64,000 nt of DNA, taken from Gemmatimonadota bacterium (GTDB lineage: Bacteria; Gemmatimonadota; Gemmatimonadetes; Gemmatimonadales; GWC2-71-9). This document shows positions 57,547-64,000 of this stretch, in pieces. Below the pieces are notes generated by a model that was not told the DNA's origin, ran no database searches, and saw only the letters and a list, made by a program, of their open reading frames with translations. Numbering within the stretch: the first letter of the stretch is position 1; each line of letters starts with the position of its first letter. Both the position numbers and the translations under genes were made by a program. The stretch is from NCBI GenBank assembly GCA_039587315.1, contig JBDHIS010000021.1, positions 1,972 to 65,971 on the forward strand. Reading direction: 5' to 3'.

Positions 57547-58345
57547 AGCCGTCGAGCGCAAACTGCTCCGTCGTCAGCTCTATGGGGCCCAGCGCCTCGC
57601 TCTGCCGTGCCGCATGCAGTTTCCCCTGGAAACCCCTTCGCACCAACACGGCGCGAACCGCCTTCAACGCGAGATCTTCGCGGTTACACCGGTCGCTGAG
57701 ATGGGCGAGCACCACGAGGCGCAATCCCGGGTGATACAGCTCCTGCAGCAACTCTGCCGCGTCCCGGTTTGACAGGTGTCCGCCCGGACCGGCGATGCGG
57801 TCGCGAACCGAAGCGGGGTAGGGGCCCGTGCGCAGCAGCACGTCATCGTGGTTCGCTTCGAGCACCAGGGCGGCAGCTCCACGCAGCAGGTAACGCACCT
57901 GAGCCGTGGGCCGGCCCAGGTCGTAGGCGATGCCCACATGCTGACCGGTCCGCGTCTCGGCCACCGACAGCGCGAGGGGCTCGGCCGCGTCGTGGCTCGT
58001 GTGGCAGGCTGTGACGCCCAGCTCCCCGACAGCGGTGGACTCGAGCGGCTTGAGCTCGAGGGTGCCCGCGCCATCGAGCCCGCTGCGCAGCGCGGCGAGC
58101 GTCCCCGCCGAGCCATAGATCGGACAGCCCACCTTGTGCGCGAGCCGTGCCGCTCCGCGCGCGTGGTCCCCGTGCTCGTGCGTCAGGAAGATCCCGGAGA
58201 GGTCGGCGAGGTCGATGCCGCAAGCCGTCGCACGCCTGGCGAGTGTGCGCGCCCCGAAGCCGGCATCTACCAGGATGGACGTGGTACCGCTGGAAATGGC
58301 GACGGCGTTTCCACGGCTGCCAGAGCCGAGGACCGCCACTCTCAT
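57539..58345 (-). CDS. MBL-fold metallo-hydrolase
   Basis: MRVAVLGSGSRGNA...LTHEHGDHARG (HxHxDH). ATGA overlap with the upstream gene. Confidence 0.85.
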   Translation of the reverse strand: MRVAVLGSGSRGNAVAISSGTTSILVDAGFGARTLARRATACGIDLADLSGIFLTHEHGDHARGAARLAHKVGCPIYGSAGTLAALRSGLDGAGTLELKPLESTAVGELGVTACHTSHDAAEPLALSVAETRTGQHVGIAYDLGRPTAQVRYLLRGAAALVLEANHDDVLLRTGPYPASVRDRIAGPGGHLSNRDAAELLQELYHPGLRLVVLAHLSDRCNREDLALKAVRAVLVRRGFQGKLHAARQSEALGPIELTTEQFALDGFS

Positions 58346-59508
58346 CGGTTGGCGTGGTCCCAGATGCGGCCGAGACTGTCGCGCACGGCGTCGGTGAAGG
58401 CGACTTGCCTGCGTGGCATTACCCGAGTCGCAACGGAGAGGAAGCCGTCCCGGCTCATGCGTTCCCCACCGGAGCCCCATGCGAACGGCGGCACGTACTT
58501 GGGCGGGCGGGACGCCCCGAACACGTTCGCCCCCGCTCCCACCACCGTTCCCGTGTTGAGCTGGGTCCCGATGGCGAACTTGGCATGGTCACCGATCAGC
58601 GAGCCGAAGTGCTGCAGCCCAGTCTCGATCCGCTGGTCGGCGACTTCGAGGCGGATGTCGCCGTACGTGTTCTTCAGGTCCGACGTAGTAGTGCCGGCGC
58701 CCACGTTGACCCACCGACCCAGCACGGAGTGCCCGACGAACCCGTCGTGCGCCTTGTTGGCGTATCCCAACAGGACGCTGTCGGCGATTTCTCCCCGCAC
58801 CTTGCAGCGCGGACCGATGCTGCAGCGATGCACGACGCCGCCCAGGATCTCCGTTCCCGGGCCCACGTAGATGGGACCCTCGAGCCGCGTGCCGCTCTTC
58901 ACGTAGCTGTGTTGCTCCATGATGACCGCACCGCCGCGCACGTCGAATACGACGCCGGGCTCCACCATGGCCCCGAGGATGACGACGTCCGTGGGATCCC
59001 CAATGACCATCGAGCCGTCTGCCAGCTGGTCGCCGGGCTCGTGCGTGAAGTCGGCAGCGTCGGCGACGAGCATGTGCTCCAGCGCGGTCACGAGATCGTA
59101 GCTTCCGTGGAGCAGGAAGCCGTCGAGCGTCACTTCTTCGCCCTCGTCCTGGCCCGGCTCCCAGGTGCTGCCTTCCGGAACCCACCACCCGACCACATCG
59201 CCGTCGTTCACCAGGCGCGCCATGCCCGCCGGCAAGTCGGGCGAAACGCCGGCCGGGGCGAACGCGCCGCGGCCCACGATCGCGGGACCCTCCACGCTCC
59301 GCGCGGCCGTCACGGACGGGACACCGTCCTCGGCGAAACCGTGCAGGTGCGACGCGGCGAAGATGGCCTCGGTCTCGCCGTCGGCGATCGCCTCCCAGCG
59401 CTCGCGGATCAGCCAGGCGCCCGCACGTAGTTCGCTGATGGGCCGGCAGTCGGCGAACGGGTACCATGCCGCCGACGGCTCCGGATCGAGCAGAAACAAC
59501 TTGGTCAT
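58342..59508 (-). CDS. GlmU-like sugar-nucleotidyltransferase / left-handed beta-helix acyltransferase family protein
   Basis: Hexapeptide-repeat region (VGPGTEILGGVVHRCSIGPRCKVRGEIADSVLLGYANKAHDGFVGHSVLGRWVNVGAGT). The N-terminal domain lacks a canonical GxGxR loop. Confidence 0.65.
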   Translation of the reverse strand: MTKLFLLDPEPSAAWYPFADCRPISELRAGAWLIRERWEAIADGETEAIFAASHLHGFAEDGVPSVTAARSVEGPAIVGRGAFAPAGVSPDLPAGMARLVNDGDVVGWWVPEGSTWEPGQDEGEEVTLDGFLLHGSYDLVTALEHMLVADAADFTHEPGDQLADGSMVIGDPTDVVILGAMVEPGVVFDVRGGAVIMEQHSYVKSGTRLEGPIYVGPGTEILGGVVHRCSIGPRCKVRGEIADSVLLGYANKAHDGFVGHSVLGRWVNVGAGTTTSDLKNTYGDIRLEVADQRIETGLQHFGSLIGDHAKFAIGTQLNTGTVVGAGANVFGASRPPKYVPPFAWGSGGERMSRDGFLSVATRVMPRRQVAFTDAVRDSLGRIWDHANR

Positions 59509-60542
59509 GAGGGCCGCTCCAGCATGCTTTGCGGCAATGTCTCGAGCAACGCCTTCAGTCCCGCGGCGCGCTCACGGGTGGTGACCAGCGTGACTCCCTT
59601 CGCCCGCACGACCACCAGGTCGCGAACGCCGTCCACGACGATCGGGCCGTCGTCCGCCCACAGAATGCAGCCGCCCGCATCGTGCGCGAAGGCCTCGCCC
59701 ACCGTCACGTTCCCCGCTTCGTCGGCGGCACGCACCCGTGCGAGCGCCGCCCAGGTGCCCACGTCGTCCCACGCGAAAGCGCCGGGTACGACCGCGACGT
59801 GTTTGCTGCGCTCGAAGTGCGAGACATCAACGGCGATCGGGGTGACCGCGCCGAAGAAGTCGGGAACGGCCCCACTCGCGAGCGTCGGCAAATGGGGGGC
59901 GATCTCGGGCGCGAGCTCTTCGGTCTCGGCAAAGAACCGCACCGCGGTCCAGGCGAACAAACCGCTGTTCCACAGCGCGCCGCCGGCTATCAGCCGCGCG
60001 GCCTCTTGTGCATTGGGTTTCTCGATGAAGCGGTGCACTCGGCGGGCGTCGCCGTCCAGTTCGTCGCCGGGCTCGATGTACCCGTAACCAGTCTCGGGTC
60101 GGGACGGCACGATGCCGACGGTGACCAAGACGTCGTGTTGCTCGGCCACCTCCAGCGCGCGCTCCGCCGTGCGGCAGAACGCGGCAGAGTCTCCGACGTG
60201 CCAGTCCGCGTGGAGCGAAACCAGCGACGCATCCGGATCGCGCTGCTGCGCGACCGAAGTGGCCCAGGTGAGCGCCGGCGCCGTCGAGGCAGCGCGCGGC
60301 TCGCCCAGCACGTTCTCCTCCGGGACATTCGGCAGGAGAGCGCGGGTGCGCTCGACCAGCGGTGCTCCGGTGACGATCAGGACTCGCTCGGGAGGGATCA
60401 ATTCGTTCAGCCGATCCACCGCCTCCACGAGAAGAGGGCGATCACCCGAGAGGGGGAGAAACTGCTTGGGGCTGTCCGGTGTAGAAAGCGGCCAAAACCG
60501 CGTCCCGGACCCTCCAGCGAGAACGGTGGCCCAGCGACTCAT
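59505..60542 (-). CDS. mannose-1-phosphate guanylyltransferase-type nucleotidyltransferase
   Basis: VLAGGSGTRFWPLS...KQFLPL...FIEKP...NSGLFAW. Confidence 0.85.
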   Translation of the reverse strand: MSRWATVLAGGSGTRFWPLSTPDSPKQFLPLSGDRPLLVEAVDRLNELIPPERVLIVTGAPLVERTRALLPNVPEENVLGEPRAASTAPALTWATSVAQQRDPDASLVSLHADWHVGDSAAFCRTAERALEVAEQHDVLVTVGIVPSRPETGYGYIEPGDELDGDARRVHRFIEKPNAQEAARLIAGGALWNSGLFAWTAVRFFAETEELAPEIAPHLPTLASGAVPDFFGAVTPIAVDVSHFERSKHVAVVPGAFAWDDVGTWAALARVRAADEAGNVTVGEAFAHDAGGCILWADDGPIVVDGVRDLVVVRAKGVTLVTTRERAAGLKALLETLPQSMLERPS

Positions 60543-60566
60543 CGCGGATCCCGGCGTGTGGAGGGC

Positions 60567-60920
60567 TTACAGAAGGTCGGCGATGGATGCCCGGTGGCGC
60601 TTGAGCTCGTACAGCAAGCTCCCGATGTTCGCCCCGGGCTGAATGAACATTGCCAACAACGTCTCCGACGTGAGGTCCGAGACCAGGGCCAGGCCGCGCT
60701 CGAACTCGACGACGCCGGTGCCGAACTCGCCCCGCTCGGCCGCCATTCCGAGCCGGTTGCAGGCCGCCACGACTGATGGCACCAGCGCAGCGAGCCCATC
60801 AGGGTCGAGCCCGTTGCCGGCGCGAGAGTCGATCGTCAGACCGTCGCGCCCGAGCACGATGATGGCGTCCACGCCTTCACGGCCCGCCAGGGCCTGTACA
60901 ACGTCGCGAATCGTCGGCAT
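60567..60920 (-). CDS. Roadblock/LC7 (MglB-like) domain protein
   Basis: About 117 aa. GVDAIIVLGRDGLTIDS...ERGLALVSDLTSETLLAMF fits the Roadblock pattern. The start was moved to MPTIRDV. Confidence 0.7.
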   Translation of the reverse strand: MPTIRDVVQALAGREGVDAIIVLGRDGLTIDSRAGNGLDPDGLAALVPSVVAACNRLGMAAERGEFGTGVVEFERGLALVSDLTSETLLAMFIQPGANIGSLLYELKRHRASIADLL

Positions 60921-61014
60921 GGGCGGCAAGCTAGGCGCGCACTTCAGTGAAGTCAAGCGAAAATGCGGCTTGACCGGGTGTTGGGCTCTCAGTAGTCTTC
61001 GGCGGACTCATATT

Positions 61015-61587
61015 ATGCGTATATCGTTGTCACAGTTTCGGTTGGGCGCCGCCACAGCGGGCGCTCTGTTCGCTGCAGTCGCCTGCGGAGAGGACGTCAC
61101 CGTCCCTCCGGCGACGATCCCCAACGTGGTCGATACGGTCACCTTGTGGGCGGTCACGGGGACCCCCGTCAGTCAGCCCAGCGCGTTCGACATGGTCGCC
61201 AATCGCGTGGCAAATACCACGCTCCAGGAGCCGCTCGACTTCGTGTTCGACATGAGCACGTCCGGCGCCAGCGTCTTCGAGCCCGCGCTCCTGGTCGGCT
61301 TGATAAACGAGGCCGGTCTGCTGCCGTCCGAGTTGCCGTTCGATTCCATCATCACCGCACCGGAAGTGGACTACATCTCGGAGGAACCGCTTCCGGTTCA
61401 GCTCGGCTCCACGTTCGTTGGGCAATCGCGCCTCAGCAGCACGAATTGCTCGGTGGGCTCGCTGCCGCGCTACGGGAAGTTCCATGTCCTGGAAATAGAC
61501 ACTGACGCGCGCACGGTGACGCTGGAGCTCCTCGTGAACGAGAACTGTGCCTACCGGAGTCTCGAGCCGGGGATCCCAGAGACCTGA
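61015..61587 (+). CDS. hypothetical lipoprotein
   Basis: MRISLSQFRLGAATAGALFAAVAC lipobox. No family recognised. Confidence 0.55.
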   Translation: MRISLSQFRLGAATAGALFAAVACGEDVTVPPATIPNVVDTVTLWAVTGTPVSQPSAFDMVANRVANTTLQEPLDFVFDMSTSGASVFEPALLVGLINEAGLLPSELPFDSIITAPEVDYISEEPLPVQLGSTFVGQSRLSSTNCSVGSLPRYGKFHVLEIDTDARTVTLELLVNENCAYRSLEPGIPET

Positions 61588-61591
61588 TCAC

Positions 61592-62866
61592 GTGATCGAC
61601 GTCCGCCTCATTCGCGAGTCACCCGACGAGGTCCGGCGCGCACTGGCGCGCCGCGGAACGGATCGTACAGCGGAGCTGGCCGGTATTCAGGACCTCGACG
61701 AGCAGCGCCGGGCCCTGTTGCAGCGGGTCGAGAAGCTCAAGGCTGAGCGCAACCGGGCATCCGAGGAAGTGGCGCGGCTGAAGCGAGCGAAGGAGGACGC
61801 CTCCGACCTGATTGCAGAGCTCAAGACGGTGAGCGACGCAATCAAGGAGCTGGACCAGAAGGTCCGCGCGGTGGACTCGGAGCTGAGAGTACAGCTCCTC
61901 CTCCTGCCGAACCTGCCTCTCCCCGAGGTGCCCGACGGCGACGCATCAGCAAACGAGATCGTTAGGTCCTGGGGCGAGAAGCCACAACTCGCCTTCGAGC
62001 CCAGGCCACACTGGGAGATCGGCGAGGCGCTCGGGATTCTGGACCTCAAGCGGGGCGCCACAATAGCGGGGAGCGGCTTCCCGCTCTTCGCCGGCAAGGG
62101 TGCCAAGCTCGTGCGGGCCCTCATCGATTTCATGATAGACGTGCATACCGAAGAGCACGGCTACACCGAGGTGGCGCCGCCATATCTCGTCACGCGCGAC
62201 TCGGCAGAGGGCACCGGGCAGATCCCGGACCTCGAAGACAACATGTACGTGACCGAGGACGGGCTGTACCTGATTCCGACAGCAGAGGTCCCGGTGACGA
62301 ACCTGCACCGGGACGAGGTACTCGCGGCCGATGAGCTACCGCGCGGTTATGTAGCGTACACGCCGTGCTTCCGGCGCGAGGCAGGGTCGCACGGCAAGGA
62401 CACGCGTGGGCTGATCCGCGTGCACCAGTTCGACAAGGTCGAGCTGGTGCGGTTCTCCACGCCCGAAGGGTCACCCGCCGAGCACGAGAAGCTCACCGGC
62501 CACGCCGAGGTCATACTCCAGCGGCTCGGGATTCCGTACCGCGTGGTTCTGCTCGCGACGGGAGACATGGGCTTCACGAGCGCAAAGACGTATGACCTGG
62601 AGGTATGGGCAGCGGGAGTGGGGGGATGGCTCGAGGCGTCGAGCTCCTCGACTTTCACAGATTTCCAGGCGCGCCGCTCGAACATGCGGTTCCGCCCGCG
62701 GCCCGACTCCAAGCCGGAGTTCGTACACACGCTCAACGCTTCCGGCGTTGCGCTCCCCCGCACGATCATATCCCTGCTCGAGAACAACCAGGAGAAGGAC
62801 GGCAGCGTGCGGATCCCCGAAGCGCTCGTCCCGTACCTGGGGACGGACCGCCTGACACCACCGTGA
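61592..62866 (+). CDS. serS: seryl-tRNA synthetase
   Basis: N-terminal coiled-coil arm and class II motifs (FRREAGSHGKDTRGLIRVHQFDKVE, GFTSAKTYDLEVW, LNASGVALPRT). The GTG start at 61592 gives VIDVRLIRE. Confidence 0.92.
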   Translation: MIDVRLIRESPDEVRRALARRGTDRTAELAGIQDLDEQRRALLQRVEKLKAERNRASEEVARLKRAKEDASDLIAELKTVSDAIKELDQKVRAVDSELRVQLLLLPNLPLPEVPDGDASANEIVRSWGEKPQLAFEPRPHWEIGEALGILDLKRGATIAGSGFPLFAGKGAKLVRALIDFMIDVHTEEHGYTEVAPPYLVTRDSAEGTGQIPDLEDNMYVTEDGLYLIPTAEVPVTNLHRDEVLAADELPRGYVAYTPCFRREAGSHGKDTRGLIRVHQFDKVELVRFSTPEGSPAEHEKLTGHAEVILQRLGIPYRVVLLATGDMGFTSAKTYDLEVWAAGVGGWLEASSSSTFTDFQARRSNMRFRPRPDSKPEFVHTLNASGVALPRTIISLLENNQEKDGSVRIPEALVPYLGTDRLTPP

Positions 62867-64000
62867 ACAGGCGCAGGCTCACCGGCTTGCTGAGGCGCGC
62901 CGGGCCCGAGATCGTCCTCGCGCTCGTCGTGATCTTTGCCGGTGTGTCCGTGTGGCAGGTGTGGGAGGTGGCAAGCCATCTGCGCGAGCAAGCGCGCAAC
63001 GTCTCGCACATCTACGCCCGCATCATCCCCGCGATCGCCGACCCCGAGCCCGGTGCGGCCACCGAGACTCTCTTCGCGTTGATCGCGGAGATCCGCGCCA
63101 GCGGCATACCGCTCATCGTCACTGACAGCGCGGGCCGAGCCACAGCCGTGGCCAACGTGCCGGTGGCGGATCTGGACGACGAGACGGCCATGCGCGAAGC
63201 GATCCGAGAGCTGGATCGCGCCAACGATCCCATCGCGCTGCCGGGGGCAGGCGAACTGCACTTCGGGGGAATCCCGGCCGCCCGCCGCCTCACCCGCCTG
63301 ACGATAATCCAGTTCGCGCTGCTCGTGGCCGCCGTCGCCATCGGCATATGGGCGTATCGCAGCGCTGTGAACCGCCACCGCGACAGGCTATGGGTGGCGA
63401 TGGCACGGGAATCCGCGCACCAGCTCGGAACTCCACTCATGAGTGCGGGCGCCTGGGTGGACCGCCTCGAGAACGGATCCTCGTCCGCCAACGAGATCGC
63501 AAGCCATTTGCGGGGCGACCTGGAGCGGCTGCACCGCGTCGCGCAGCGCTTCGAGCGCATCGGCCGGCCGGCGCGGCGCGACAAGGTGGCGCTGGGCGCG
63601 CTGGCGGAGCGAGTGGCCGCCTATTTCGGACCGCGGCTGCCGCGTCACGCGCACGCGATCACGATCTCCGTCGATGCTCCCCGGGCCGGACCCAACATCG
63701 AAGCCGACGCCGTGCTACTCGAGTGGGCAATCGAGTCCCTGGTTCGAAACGCGGTGGACGCGCTCAGCGGGCGTGGTGGCAAGATCGACGTGACGGTCTG
63801 GGACGAAGGGGACTGCGCGCGTGTGAAGGTGGCCGATGACGGCCCGGGAATTCCCGCCGACATCAAAGCGACACTTTTCGAGCCGGGCGTCACCACCAAG
63901 TCGGGCGGATGGGGCATCGGGCTCGCGCTCGCCCGCCGCATAGTCGAAGACGTCCACGGTGGAAAGCTGGAGATCCTTCCGTCAGCCAAGGGCGCGCTGT
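62863..64000 (+). CDS. sensor histidine kinase; 3' end beyond the window
   Basis: My own translation shows 2 TM segments, an H-box MARESAHQLGTPL, an N-box ESLVRNAVDA, G1 DDGPGIP and G2 GGWGIGLALA. The GTG at 62863 overlaps the serS stop (GTGA). It is not in the ORF track because no stop is reached. Confidence 0.8.
   Translation, partial: MNRRRLTGLLRRAGPEIVLALVVIFAGVSVWQVWEVASHLREQARNVSHIYARIIPAIADPEPGAATETLFALIAEIRASGIPLIVTDSAGRATAVANVPVADLDDETAMREAIRELDRANDPIALPGAGELHFGGIPAARRLTRLTIIQFALLVAAVAIGIWAYRSAVNRHRDRLWVAMARESAHQLGTPLMSAGAWVDRLENGSSSANEIASHLRGDLERLHRVAQRFERIGRPARRDKVALGALAERVAAYFGPRLPRHAHAITISVDAPRAGPNIEADAVLLEWAIESLVRNAVDALSGRGGKIDVTVWDEGDCARVKVADDGPGIPADIKATLFEPGVTTKSGGWGIGLALARRIVEDVHGGKLEILPSAKGAL

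Noticed and set aside
58147-59430. 427-aa plus-strand ORF
   Set aside because: It is antisense to the GlmU-like beta-helix gene, Arg/His/Gly-rich, and has no motifs.

Overview
GC-rich bacterial chromosomal segment (third codon positions are almost all G/C; exact GC not computed). It is densely coding on both strands, with about 70 protein genes and one tRNA. I saw no rRNA, CRISPR array, transposase, integrase or prophage module. Gene content and style suggest a Gemmatimonadota-like organism, but that is a guess: many lipoproteins, sigma54, paired amidohydrolases, CIRCE/HrcA control, frequent ATGA/GTGA stop-start overlaps and several near-leaderless promoters.

Layout:
- 1-5.1 kb (minus): a phenylacetyl-CoA epoxidase (paa) operon with a TetR repressor and a perfect palindromic operator.
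- 5.2-6.6 kb: an ECF sigma / anti-sigma / LTXXQ triad.
- 8.2-12.8 kb: a sigma54 enhancer-binding protein with a degenerate receiver domain, transcribed divergently from a near-consensus -24/-12 promoter. That promoter drives two orphan lipoproteins. One ends in 13 glycines; the other carries seven 39-bp His/Asp/Cys repeats. This is the best candidate in the window for an undescribed system.
- 12.86 kb: tRNA-Leu(CAA).
- 13-26 kb: envelope and c-di-GMP genes, peptidases and small orphan proteins. These include a frameshifted GGDEF gene and a Bor-family lipoprotein.
- 26.3-40.6 kb: a 17-gene co-directional housekeeping array running from a yicC-family gene, gmk and rpoZ to carA.
- 40.7-64 kb: an IHF/HU-family gene, two amidohydrolases, moaDE, trmL, mdh, queD, an NlpC/P60 gene, an AhpD-family gene interrupted by one in-frame TGA at the second Cys of its CxxC motif (candidate selenoprotein), CIRCE-groES-groEL, DUF1028, a HEAT-repeat gene coupled to an HD-GYP gene, a Roadblock / sugar-nucleotide / MBL operon, serS and a partial histidine kinase.

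Limits: all start codons were chosen by eye from the ORF track, SD-like motifs and overlaps. Family calls rest on remembered motifs, not searches.
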